From the NCBI GenBank assembly GCA_013239625.1, contig MU054187.1, forward strand, positions 20,242,897 to 20,306,896: a stretch of DNA of 64,000 nucleotides, read 5' to 3'. The notes under the pieces are model-generated. The model worked only from the letters and a program-made list of their open reading frames with translations, was not told the origin of the DNA and did not search any database. Shown here piece after piece: positions 1 through 12,780 of this stretch (the first letter of the stretch is position 1; each line of letters begins with the position of its first letter). Position numbers and translations under genes: made by a program. The stretch comes from Lama guanicoe. Its lineage: Eukaryota.

Positions 1-1086
1 ACTTTTGTGACATGTCCTGAAACCCTCACCTAGAGAATCCATCAATTATTCTATGTCATGTTGGTGTGTCGGATGGGTAAAGACCCTCAGATCCACATGG
101 GCTGTCTCAGATTTCTCTCCCACTGCCTGGCTTCCTTGACGGCTTGTATCCTTGGATTTATTAGAAAAGCATAACAGGGAAGATTTATGTGATTCTGATT
201 TGATCATTTTATCATCTGTGTTCAACTTTCTACTATATGTGTATTTTAAACAAATTACTCCAATATTCTAGATAAAACCTCATCACAAAAGGTTTCTTTA
301 AGCCTCTGTGACCACATTTAACAGATGTTTATAACATTTCAAGTTTATGTTGTCATTCATACTTCATACATTACCAAGTTAGCATGCAGTTAAAATGAAG
401 GAACTGTGTTGAATTAAAATGTATTGAAATGCATTCAATTTCCCTTACATGCTTGAGGTGTTAGATATATATGTTATCAGAAGCTTACGTGAGTGAGAAT
501 TATTAGCTCCATTATTAGGTGAATTAAATTCAGTTTGCTCATTAACTTACTCAAGCCAGAGGGAAAAACAGCTAGAAGTACAAATTAGGCACACCCTATT
601 TCAAGATCTATGCTCTAAAGCAATTGTATGTGGATGATTCCATCTACAGATAAATACATAAGGATGAAGTCATTTTAATTCTTAGAGTCAAGGTTCGGTG
701 CCGTTACAGCTTTATCAAATTGGAAAGTTTCATATGATTTTTTTTTATAGTCTGAGTAGCTAAAATCTAGCAGAAGAAACCCAATCAGCTTACTCTACCT
801 TATTTCATACTTCTATCAAATACAAGTAGAGAAAGAGATTTTAAGATTGTTAGTAAAGATCATTAAGACAAAAAGAATCAAACTTGCAAGTACCTTAATT
901 TTGGTACAGATACACAAACGGTCGTTATCTCATTCAGGCATATAAGCTGCTCACAGAGGAGAAAGAGAAGGATTCAAGTGTGACAGAAAACTTGAATTTT
1001 GGATAAAATTAAAAATAATTAGGATATTTAGAGTAATATATATTTTAGTTTTATTTTTTTCTCTTCTGTCACTTGATATTCTTTAA

Positions 1087-1120
1087 TTTTTATTTTTATT
1101 GAAGTATAGTCAGTTACAAT
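1087..1120 (-). mobile_element. Ultra-short L1 3' terminus (about 25 bp plus A-tail)
   Basis: TTTTATTGAAGTATAGTCAGTTACAAT is the reverse complement of an L1 3' end. It matches the end of the L1 at 32345-32590 and the piece at 15389-15428. Confidence 0.6.
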
Positions 1121-2811
1121 ATCTATTTTTAAAGAGCTAAATTCAGAAATCTGAAACACGATATATTACAGTAAATCTCGTACTGTTCTTTACAAATATT
1201 TTTTAAAAACTAATAATAGAAAGAAAATCTGTACAAATTCATATAATAGGACTCTTTTTTGAAATAAGAAGAACATTTTCATCTCAGTAAGTGTAAATTT
1301 AAATTTTGATAAACATAACACTGTTCTGCTACAGGTGGAAAATACCTAAAATGCTTACCAGGAAACTAAGTGGAAGCAAATAGTGGGAAACTTTCTTAAA
1401 AAGGATTTTTAAAAATAATTTAATGCTTTGTTTCTTGTAGGACTCATCAGGAATAAGAATAATAACATAAAAATGATTTAAGTTCATAGGAAAAGTCTCA
1501 GCCAGAAGAACCCTTTTTAAAAATTTTATTTTTGCTAAAATTCTACAGCTAAACTCTTAATTCTTCATTTCCTCTGCATGGATGTATACTTTGGACTGTT
1601 CCACTTTCCTTGAACATTATTATTATTTTGTGTACTGCTTTGTACTTAATTCTATAAAAACTCTCAATTCTGGGGCTTATAAGATGGTGCTTATCTATGT
1701 GGAACCAAAAGTAACATGAATATAGCCTGGAGAAAGTTATAAAATGGAATTAAGTCTTCAAGAAAGTCACAGTAATAGCACATGACATAAATAGTTGCTG
1801 GCCTCGCTCCTCATTGGTCTAAGGTTGCAAGAGCAAATTCTCAGCTTACAAAAATGGATTCTATATAGATGTCTATACATCTGTATATGTTTAATATTTC
1901 AGAGCATGATATAGTTAAGAAGGATGCAAGTGAAAGGGAAACCTGGTTTTAAAATTTGTTTATTTGGTTGTTTAAATTTTTTGTAATTGTATACATTGAA
2001 ATAACAAAACTAGAAGGCAAATATGCCATGCGAATTTGTAGGAAATAAAATGATTTTACTCTTAAACCAGAAATTCATTTAAAAATAAATTAGTGCTGTT
2101 TCAGAGGTGAAAAAGAAACATGTTCCAGACTGTTATATTTACAAATAGTTTCTTCTCTACATGAGGAATACTAAGTACAGATGGCAAATCTTATATTTTA
2201 AGTTTCTTAAAAATGTAGAAATACTCGGAACTTTAAACCACTTCACAATTATAATTTTGTCATTAAAACATTTACCTCTAATAAGCACTTGGAATAAAAT
2301 GTTTCTTGAAAGTCTTTAGATTTCACTTGTCATCAGGGGTGGTTAAAGAGTTGTTTTATCAAAATTCTTTTATATTAAGTAGATGGCTTTATATATCATT
2401 AATTATAATATATTACAAATCTTATGCATAGGTAATCATCATTTTGTATAAACCAAATATATCTAAATAACAAAGTCAGTAAATGTGTATTTTTATTCCA
2501 GGAAAACCATCTGTTCTCAAAGTGCAAGCCAATCTACTTCCGAACAGAAGTTGATGTTTAAAGTTGTGCTTTCAACTTGCCTGGAGCACTTTCCATAAAT
2601 TATGTCTTCTGTGCCATTGTTTGCCTTTTGGTATACAGAATTTGCTTAAAGGAAGGGTTGAGTTCCAGAGCTGTTGTTATTTCTGATTCTCTATATTTTT
2701 CCAATCCCCCCTTCCAAAAAAGTTAGGGTGCAAATACTTTATCAGTTATTTTTTTGAATTATTGGAAAATATAAACCATTAATGATAGTTGGATCTTTAG
2801 TTTTTCTTTTT

Positions 2812-2936
2812 TTGTGGGGAAAGGTAATTAGGTTTATTTTTATTCAATTATTTTTTTAGTGGAAGTACTGGGGATTGAACCCAGGACCTCGTGCATGCTA
2901 AGCACACACTCTACCACTTGAGCTATATTGTCCCCC
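2812..2936 (-). mobile_element. tRNA-Ala-derived SINE, Vic-1-like (camelid)
   Basis: Minus strand reads GGGGGACAATATAGCTCAAGTGGTAGAG (A box), GTGC-TTAGCAT-GCAC (AGC anticodon arm), GGTTCAATCCC (B box), then an A-rich tail. 15-bp TSD TTAGTTTTTCTTTTT at 2797-2811 and 2937-2951. Confidence 0.9.
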
Positions 2937-4087
2937 TTAGTTTTTCTTTTTATTGAAGGAAAAAAATCTTGTCCTCCAAGGAAAACGTAAGTGCAAATAC
3001 TGACAAAAAAAAAACTTGCATACTTAGTCCTTTCTCTGCACATACCTCTGCTGTGTCGTTAAGTCATAATAAGAGTAGTGTGAACTCGGGTTTTAGATTC
3101 AGGGTATGGCGCTAAGACATGAAATATAACATATTTTTGCAAGATGTAATTTAGCAGTTGCAGGAATGGAAGACTTTAACACAGATTCAATGAAATAGTA
3201 TTTGCTTTTGACTAAGTGAATGTATCTTGTGATTATTATCTGCCAAGAAATGTCACAGTGGAAGGAGGGTGGTTGGTGGGGCAGGATTCAGGCATACGGA
3301 AAATCCTAAGCCAAATACCACAAAAGTGTCTAGGAAAACACCACCATATGAGGGACTTGGACCCACCCTTGGACCCAGCAATAGCTTCTAAAAGGGAAAT
3401 TGAGACTTTCCCTAAATCTCTGAATATCTGAAATTGAACACATCTAAAATTCAGAAGGAAGATTTTTTTTGCACTTCAATATTTCAGATTTTAAAATGGG
3501 AAGTGCATTTCATTTAGGAACTTGAACGTGGCAACTGAATAATTGGATAGAGTTGATGCCACCTAAACCTTGAGTCTTTTTACATGACTCCCACCATGTA
3601 TTCCGGTTTGGGTGCTATGATGGGCAGTATAGGTGGGAATAATTCAAGATGGAAAATGGAATCAGCAGCGAACCTTGGAAAAAATAGAATATTTTTTGTA
3701 AATTTAGAGGTTTCACACAAGCTAGTTTCACATGCTTCAAGGATCAATATTACAATATCAACAAACGTTAGGTGCCTTTCAAACTGTCTTTCTTAATTTT
3801 TTAAAAATAGACAGATAACCTAAAAATGATTTTCTCATCTGCAACAGAAATGAACCCAACCCCAATCTAATGGCTGCCAATAGCCTAAGAAGCTGTTGTT
3901 AGATATTGTTCATATTGTAAATACAAGCCATATTAACTAGTTTAATGATAAGATTTTTTGGCATATGTTTAGTCTATGAATTTATGTGTACACTACCTTG
4001 AAACCTCTTTCCTAATCCTACTTGACAAGAAGAGATGCTATAAGTGTTTAATTTATAACTCTTTCTACAGTATGCATAGAATGAATA

Positions 4088-4551
4088 CAGGCATGACTCA
4101 GATACTGTGGGTTTAGTTCCAGACCACTGCAATAAAGGGCATATCCCACACATTTCGGGTTCCCAAGTGCATATGAAAGTTATATTTACACTATACCATA
4201 GTCTATTAAGTATGCAATAGCATTATTCCTAAAAAAAACAATGTAAATACCTTAATTAAAAAATACTATATTGCTAAAAAATGCTAACCATCATCTGAGC
4301 CATCAGCGAGTCCTAGGAGTAGCTTCAAAGATCACTGATCACACAACACTGTAACAAATACAGTTAATAAAAAAGTTGGAAATATTGCAAGAATTACCAA
4401 AATGTGATATAGAGACAGGAAGTGAATGAATGCTGTTGGGAAAATGGCACCGATAAATTTGCTCCACACCAGACTGCCGTGAACCTTCAATTTGTAAAAA
4501 TGCAGCATCAGCAAAGGGCAGTGAAGGGCACAATGAAATAACGTATGCCAG
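4088..4551 (-). mobile_element. Tigger1 internal-deletion derivative (Tigger1a-like)
   Basis: Ends CAGGCATG... and ...GTATGCCAG resemble Tigger1 terminal inverted repeats (TIRs). TA at 4086-4087 and 4552-4553. Both subterminal regions follow the Tigger1 consensus as recalled, with the transposase missing. Confidence 0.88.
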
Positions 4552-4959
4552 TACACTTTGTAAAATCATAGGGAAAATAGAAAAACCTAAAGCAGAAAAT
4601 TAAAAGCCCACATATGTTTTGTATGTACAGTTTAAAACATCATAGTTGTTTTTTTCCTATTTTAACAAAATGATGGTAGACAGCATAACCTGTTTTGTTG
4701 TTTGAGCAATGTATTGTTGCCATAATGTCTTATATTATCTGAACACATGATTGTAATGATTACATAAAGGTTTATAGTATAAAAGATTATAATTTATTTT
4801 ATCATTTCTCTGATTTTCAAACTGTAAATAGTTTCTTAGAAAACAACTTTGTATATGAATTTTACTCTTTCTTCTATAAGTTTCTTCATCTATTATCTTT
4901 CCCTTAATATAAAGCGTATGATCTAGTGCTTCTAAATTTTGAGTGGTCTTGTTTTTTTT

Positions 4960-5360
4960 TTTATTTATGACTTAGAAGAACAGGACTCTTGTCCTTTATG
5001 CAGTCTGAAAATTTTGTCTTTTAATCAGATTATATAGTATATTTACATATAATGTAATGAATAGTATGGTTGGAAGTCTATCATCAAGGCATTTGTTTTC
5101 TATTTATATATTATCTGTTTTTTCTAATTGTTTTTTCATTGTTGTCTTATATTCTCCTTTTTTTACTTTCTTTTAGTGAATCATTTTTCTCAACATTTGA
5201 TTTTAACTATTTTATTGAAATCTGAGATACACCCCTTTGTACTATTTTTAGAGGTTTCTCAAAAGTTTAAAATATGAATCTTTTAACATATCACATTTTA
5301 CCTTCATACTACTGTATTACTTCAGACACTAAAAATTATAAGTATCCCATATCCCAGTGA
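4960..5360 (-). mobile_element. Old L1 (L1M-type) internal fragment
   Basis: T-rich tract with GTCTGAAAATTTTGTCTTTTAAT...ATTTACATATAATGTAATG, like the antisense L1M inter-ORF region. Confidence 0.45.
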
Positions 5361-6049
5361 AATTTTATTTAGTCTCCATTTCAGCTCAAATTAATAAATT
5401 TACATTCCCAGTTATCGGCCACCCAATATGACCCTTGCACTGAGAATATATAAATTGTGTATTTACCTTAATTCTAGCTGAGATATAGTTTCCCCCTTCT
5501 TTCTCAGTGTAATATATATTTAGCAACACCTAAAATGCTGTATAATTATGCCTATTCTAAAGATAGCAGAAGTTGTAATTATAGAGAGTGAAGAAGGTGG
5601 CCAGGAAAATAAAATTAGACATGATTTTACATTCATATAATTCAGTTTCATGTAATTTGTTTCACCTTTTCATCACGGAACCCAATATCATGGCCAGAGG
5701 GATTCAGAAATATGATTCCTAAGGCACACCTCACTAAAGAGATAGCTGCAGTTGGTCCTGTCTGAATTCCATGGGATGCTTTTCCCTTGGGAGACAGAGC
5801 AACTTCCTGTTGCTGAAAGAACATGGGGGAGAAGTGATGAACAGGTGGATTTCACAGATAAGTTTCATACCTGAAAAGCATAAAATTGGCAAAGGGAGGT
5901 AATACTTTTGAGGGCTATTTCTGTGTTTCTAGAGGCAGAATGAGAAACTTAATCTGTTTCTCTACTCTTCTCACTCATTTGAAGTCATTTAATCCATCTT
6001 CTTGTTTCAAATGAACACTAATAACCTATCCACAGTTTTGTGTCACCAC

Positions 6050-6330
6050 CACATACTTCTTTGTGGGTCTCTAGAGGGATAAGCAGGCCTCTGCTAAGAT
6101 CTTTCCACTTGGTACTTTCTATAGGCACCTCTAGGTCTGGATATGTGATCTTCCTGTCCACCACCAAGTGAGTATTACTCTAATGTAATTATTCTCCAGT
6201 GAGCTGTAGATCCCTTAAAGCAGAAACAGGACTTCATTCACGTTTGCATTCACAGTTTCTGCTGTATCAGAGGCTCTCGATAGTGTTTGTTAAATAAATG
6301 GATGAACATCAGATGCATTCATGAATGGAC
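6050..6330 (+). mobile_element. L2 3' fragment
   Basis: CTGTAGATCCCTTAAAGCAGAAACAGG...GTTTGTTAAATAAATGGATGAA resembles the L2 3' end and its (TGAA)n tail. Confidence 0.6.
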
Positions 6331-7732
6331 TCAGATCAACAGCTAACTCAGTGCAATGGCCACTTTCTATTTTCTGTAGATTATATTATTTAAGATGAAC
6401 TTTCACAACTTCTTGTTGTTTTTGTTGTTATTAATCACCGTAAATTCAATCATGTTTTTGATTGCCAGAGGGTTTTGAATATTGGATAGTATAAACTGAG
6501 AACACCTATTTAACTACCTTTGAATATGAAAGAAGAGAGTGTTTTTTGGGGGGTAGAAATGATAGAAGCTGTAAAAACAATGCCTTAGACAAATACGTAC
6601 TCATTAGACAGTCTGGGTGTTTTACCCACTACCCCTGTGCTTGGATAAGTGTATAGTGTAGGCAATAAAGTCAGTGCTTTTGTCTTTAACTCTCTTAAAT
6701 TCTTGAGCTGTCATTTCACATAGGTTATTTTTGTTTAACTGACCCAACTGCTGTCAGATTACTTTAACACACCAAGGCTTTTTTCTCTCTGGAATTAAGC
6801 ATCTCATATAATCCTTCTCCCTGCATTTGGACAATGTAGGGATAATAATATCTGACAGGTTCCCAAACTCCTGCAGGAAACCTGCCTCCATACAGGTTTA
6901 TTAAAAACACATTATCTATATCAGTACCTGGATATACTCCTCAATACTGTATTCATCAATATAAAAAATGTATTTTCTTTCCTAAGGTAACTCCCACCGT
7001 CTTCCCTATACACTACATAATCTTCATTCCATTTTGTATTAGGTAGTTGCAATCCTGAAGTTTTACCCAAGCAGATATATGCAAATATACTCGTTCACCT
7101 TGTTACCACCTCCTCACTCTTCTTCCTATACTGAAGGTTTGACATAAATATAAAATATAGATTAAAATATGTTTTTCTTTTTAGTTTGTGTGAATCAAAT
7201 ATATGCAAATTGTACTATGGAAAGTCCATTCTATGAGGAAAAAAATTAACTAAATAACTTCAGTGATTTAGCAGTCCAATTAACTGTTGGGTATTTTCCA
7301 TTTTTTAATAAAAGAGAAAATCAAATTACTTCTATATAACTGTACTTTGTCAACCCATTAAATATTCATTATTTTTAGTATTACTAATATGAGGCAAAAT
7401 GCAGATTTTTTTATGGTGATTAGTGGATATATAATTAGTAAATAAGAAAATTATATTATAAAAGTATAAAATTATTGATATTTTATTGAAACATAAATTA
7501 TATTTTAAATAATACACATATAACATTTTATATTAATTTTATGTATCTATATGCAATTTTATATGCACTGTATAAAAGACATTTAACTAGCCACAAGACA
7601 CTTAGCTAATAATTATTATATATCTAATTAGAATAGAAGAAAAAAAAGTTGAGTATCTGTTTGGCTATTCAAATAAAAAATTCTATGTACTCATAGTCTC
7701 AATGGATTTGTCTTTTTCATTGTTCTATTTTT

Positions 7733-8240
7733 TGTAGTACCTAACATTCTTTCTATACTGGGGACATTTCCTGTCTTGTTGGGGAGAAGAGTTCACCTAC
7801 TAAATATAGGTGATGAAATTGCCCTATATTTGCTTTTCCAAACTCTTGAACCCAGAGCATAGACAATTAACCTGGCCCCAGCCTACAGAATACCTCCACA
7901 GTGCTAATAGTTGGTAATGCAAAGAATAATATAAGGATGTCCACTTCAAGAGAAGACAGTAGCAGTTACACAGACATCTGGAGTACAGACACCAGAAACA
8001 GCAGAAGCAGTCTTCAGAGCCCTGTGTTTGCCGTGTTGGTGGCTGTGATTGTGCCTAGGGTTCAGCAGAGGCAATGGCAATGACTTCAAGAGGAAGATTT
8101 TGGGGCGCCATTTTGGTCCAGGCTCTAGCTGCCCCACACCTGACACTAGTTCTTCAATTATGTCATACCTAAGTTCCTTTTCCATTTCATTAACTGGAAT
8201 TTCTTTCTTTTAGTTGCAACTAAGAACCCCAAATCTATAG
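7733..8240 (+). mobile_element. Old ERVL/MaLR-class LTR, subfamily uncertain
   Basis: Locally higher GC. Ends ...TTCTTTTAGTTGCAACTAAGAACCC, like MaLR/ERVL LTR 3' ends. Confidence 0.5.
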
Positions 8241-8751
8241 TCAACATTTCCTTAAATAGGATTACATTGTTTTCAATGGACCGAATCTGGTTTCATACAC
8301 ATTTGGAGATTCTATTTTACTTACTTTTGGTTTACAGTTGATACAGAGTCCACTTCAACTATTTATGCATAGTTTTGTTTTGTTTTGTTTTGCCTAAAGT
8401 TCTTTATGACAAAGTTATATCAAGTGCTTTCACAATACAATGTACAAATTCACATATACATAAAAATGTATATATATGCAGTGTCTCCTTTGACTTTTGA
8501 ACTCTCTATAAAAAACTTCAAGTAAATAATGAACAAAAAAGACAAATCAATAATATGTCTTTAAGATTATACTTTCTCCTCACAATATTTAGTACAAGTC
8601 ACTATGGAGTAATGTAAATTTTTGCTTGTTTGTTTGTCTTTAGCTGATGAGATAGTGTATCCTGCCATTGAAAAGTCAGAGTGTGAAATGGAAAAGGCAG
8701 TTACCAAACGAACTACAGTTGATTTGAAGAAATAGAAAGTATCTTTTAAAG

Positions 8752-8957
8752 TAATGTACAACATGGTGAATATAATTAACACTGCTGTATGTTATATATG
8801 AAAGTTGTTAAGAGAGTAAATCCTAGGAGTTCTCATCACAAGGAAAATTAACTGTGATAATCATCTCATGATACATGTAAGTCAAATTATTATGCTGTGT
8901 ATCTTATATGTACAGTGCTGTATGTCAATTATATCTCAATAAAACTGGAAGAAAAAA
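8752..8957 (+). mobile_element. L1 3' end (L1MA9/L1MA10-like), 5'-truncated
   Basis: GTAAATCCTAGGAGTTCTCATCACAAG...TGTCAATTATATCTCAATAAAACTGGAAGAAAAAA. Confidence 0.85.
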
Positions 8958-9439
8958 TGTAAAATGTAAAACAATTTTAAAATAAAGTAAGCATTCTTTA
9001 AAATATTTTATTTACCTTCTTAAATCAATATCTTGGTTTTCATTTTAAAAGTTAGTAAGCTCAAAGACCTGATGTTAAACACTTTATATGAAGCTAAAAT
9101 GCTAGTTAAAAATAAAAATATATCAAACCAACAAAAACATTGAAAAATGGTTTAGACAAATTAAAGTCATTTTAAAATTATTGTTTGTTCAAATGGAAGA
9201 CAGAATGTTAGTTAACGAATTCATTTGAAATAAAGTACATATTTTTCTAAAATATGGGAGGAGGGAGTAGTTTAAATGGATTATGGGAAAGAAATATATT
9301 TTCTAATTCAACTTCAAAAATTACCTGGAAAACATGAAGCTACCTTGTCAAGATTTCTGCCATGGTGTATGCTCTATCCATTTTCATCTTCCTTTGCATT
9401 CACTTAGCAGTAAGCTGCTTGTTGTAGAAATTTTACATT

Positions 9440-9932
9440 TTCCTTTCTAGTCACCTGCCTCCCTTCTTCACCCTGCTCTGCACCTGGGGTGGGGGGTGAC
9501 TTTTAAGGATTACATAAACAGACATACCCTCTTTTATCTGATTGGTGAAACAGACATAACTTCTTTCTTCTGATTGGCTTGGCCAATGGGAAAATATCAA
9601 CAATGGATGAACTGAGCGAGAATGAGTTCATTGTACTGACTTCTGAGCTTCCTCCATGGGAGTTCATATTGGGTGTCTGCATCCCTTTACCAAAGGCCAC
9701 AGCTCTTACCATTTTGTTGACTCAATATGTTATCCTGGTAGGCTTTGATATGCGCTCTCCTCTTGCCTTTTGTGACCTTGGGTGAAAACAGTTCTAGCTA
9801 CTGCTAGCTCTGAGATCCTACACTTTCACTTGCTGGTTGCCCTGAACCCTGCTTACAGTTTTATAAATAGTCCCTCAAATTACCAATGTGAATGTGCTGT
9901 ATATTTTATTATCAAGACCCTGGCTGTTTCCA
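9440..9932 (+). mobile_element. LTR33-family ERVL LTR
   Basis: TTGGCCAATGGGA, CCAAAGGCCACAGCTC and the end ...ATAAATAGTCCC...GTGAATGTGCTG...GACCCTGGCTG match LTR33 as recalled. Confidence 0.7.
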
Positions 9933-10074
9933 AGGCAAGTGCATTATCATTCATGTACATTGAGAAAGAACAATTGAGATTCATTGCTACAGACTCGGGT
10001 GATAGAATCCAATGCATTTCGTATGGCATTACTGTTTTCAGCATGGTCTTACAGTTATTAGAAATTAAGAAACT

Positions 10075-10785
10075 TTTCCTTTTTTATTGAGGTATAGTTG
10101 GTTTACCATACTATATGTTTTAGGTCCACAACATAGTAATTCACAGTTTTTAAAGGTTACACTCCACTTATAGCTATTATAAAATATTGGCTATATCCCC
10201 TGTGTCGTGTGACATATCCTGTAGCTTTTGTACCTCTTAATGCCTTACCCTTATCTTGTCCCTCCCTCCCTCCCTCTCCTCTCTGATAATCATAGTTTGG
10301 TGTCTATATCTGAGTCTGTCTCTTTTTAGTTATATTTATTAGTTTGTTGTACTTTTTAGATTCCATATATAAGTGATATCATACAGTATCTGTCTTTCTT
10401 TGACTTATTTCAATAAATGTAATAACCTCTTGATCTCTAGATCCAATCATGTTGTTGCAAACGGCAAAATTTTATTTTTTATGGCTACATTCCATTTGTA
10501 TATATATATATATACAAATGGAATATATACACATATATATATACACCACATCTTCTTCATCTATTTATCTGTCAATGGACATTTAAGTTGTGTCTACATC
10601 TTGGCTGTTGTAAATAATGCTGATATGAACATTGGGATGCACATATGTTTTCAAATCAGTATTTTCATTTTCTTTGGATCCCAGAAGTGGGATTATTGGG
10701 TCATATGGTAGTTCTATGTTTAGCTTTTTAAGGAATAGCCACTGTTTTTCAGAGTGGCTGCACCAATTTACCGACAGTGTACAAA
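10075..10785 (-). mobile_element. L1 3' end (artiodactyl-type) with internal (TA)n
   Basis: TTTTATTGAGGTATAGTTGGTTTAC...TTTTAGATTCCATATATAAGTGATATCATACAGTAT...GTGGCTGCACCAATTTAC. Confidence 0.9.
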
Positions 10786-12249
10786 AATAAACTATAATTC
10801 TTTAATTACACTAAGAATTACAGTACCAGAACTCTTGATCCCCATATAGCACATACTCTGCTTATGAAAATCTACATGAAAAGTCAAATTATCATTGAGT
10901 TAAATTAGTCAACAGGGAATAAGAATGGAAGACATTAGTTATGCATCATAAATAATAACCACACTTTAGAACTGACAGTCTGAATTGAACCTAAGTTTAT
11001 GAATATTTTCAAATGATTAAATAAACATAATAAATTTCATAGGAAAGATAATAGAGGATTTTGTGAAGGGAAGAGAGACATTATTTCTCCCTTATTTTTC
11101 TAGTCCTGCCTACACACTCTTCTCTCTCATTTTATCTCCTTATGTGCTGATTTATAGACCTCCTAGCTTGAGGAATAATAATGAAGAAATAAGAAAGATA
11201 GAGCAAGGTGAACTATAAAGTCATCAGTACTATATTCCAGCCAATAGTATGAGTTTCTGAGGCAAAAGAGTTTCTTTTAGGAGGGAAAGGTTTGTTTTAC
11301 CATTATAAATATTCTTATCTTATATGAGCTGAGTTTCTTAAAAACTGTTTCTTTGGCCAAGAAATCATCCAGGGTTGGGCAAAGTGTCTATAAATGAACT
11401 TTTTGGCTATTTTTTGAAACTGACACTGATTAATTGAAGCAGGAAAGCTGAATTTACAGGGATGGTCCTGGATAGCTCACCAGTAAGAGTGGGAAGTTAA
11501 AAATAATATCTCCTAAACAAGGAAATCTCCAGAGATCTAAGAAGCAACAGCATGATGACATTTTCCAAAGGACACTGGCATCAAAAATTTTCCTAATGGA
11601 GTGGATGCAAACTCCAGCCATCTCCCATGTCAAAGTGGTTCAACTCATGAAAACAATTCCAATGGAATTTACACGCTTGTCACCACTGTGCTTATGGAAG
11701 AAGAAGAAGACTATGTTTTTTCAAGGGTAATCATTTCACCATAATTATAAGGATGGGGAAAGAACAGTTTCTGAAGAGAGGGGATGCTGAGAGTGCAAAA
11801 ACAATAGGGGTTCAGGAAAATGAATCTCCTAATAAATCCTAGAGGAAAATGTCTCATTCGGGCAATAGTAGTCATTTCACAAAAAAAAATCCTTACATTT
11901 TCTAATGTGTCAATTTTCCTACACAATAACAATTGACTTTTTTTAAAAAGATACTTCACATAATTAAAAAGTTATATTTTTACTAATACCATGTTTGATT
12001 TTTTATCATGTTGGCAGCTTATGCTAATATTAAATTTTATAGTGGGTTAAAATGGATGAAAGACAGGTAATAAAATATTTCCTTCTTGATAGAGCTTTCA
12101 AAATGATGATGCATTGATCTTTTAATAAATTTTGAATACTGAGAAATTTTATCAGATTTATTGAAGATGCCATAAAATAGAAGATACATTAGTGGAGACC
12201 TCATCTAAATTTCCCAAAGCTTATATTGATAGTAATTTTATTAATTACC

Positions 12250-12430
12250 TACACTAGTCACTTTCTCAAAAACTTTACATGTGTTGAGAAACGAAAGTGA
12301 ATCACAACAACCTCATGACGAAAGTGCTATTATTATCTTCTTTTATATAGGGGAAACTGAGGCACAGAGACAGTAAATACATCCCCTAGGACCCTACAGA
12401 CTCCTGAGCCTGCATTCTTAGCTACCATCA
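12250..12430 (-). mobile_element. MIR SINE
   Basis: Antisense MIR core GGGGAAACTGAGGCACAGAGACAGTAAATAC. Confidence 0.8.
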
Positions 12431-12647
12431 CATGTATTTCTTTTCTCTCAGACAAAAGATGTCGAGTATAAGTGTCCATATAATAAAAACTAAAAATTTT
12501 AAGCTGAAACTTAGGCAAACAGGAGAAAAATATAACTGTTTTGCTCAAATATAAACAAATAACTAACTAAATAAATAAATATTATATATAAATACACATA
12601 TGTATTCTTTGATACCCATATTTTATTTTAATAATATTTATAATTGC

Positions 12648-12780
12648 CAGTGGTAGTGATATTGGCTGTAGTGGTGTGGTCATAGGGGGAGTGGTAAGAG
12701 TAATCGTGATAGTAGTAGGAGTAATAGAAATAATGGTACTGGTAGTATCATTAGCCTTAGCAGTAGTAGCAGTGATAATT
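12648..12780. repeat. Degenerate (GTA/GTG)n low-complexity tract
   Basis: GTGGTAGTGAT...GATAGTAGTAGGAGTAATAG...AGCAGTAGTAGCAGTGAT. Confidence 0.65.

Noticed and set aside
1862..1890. Hairpin ATATAGATGT-CTAT-ACATCTGTAT
   Set aside because: Low-complexity TA-rich self-complementarity is expected by chance.
2855..2936. tRNA-Ala(AGC) gene
   Set aside because: The acceptor stem is broken, and an A-rich tail plus TSD show it is a SINE head.
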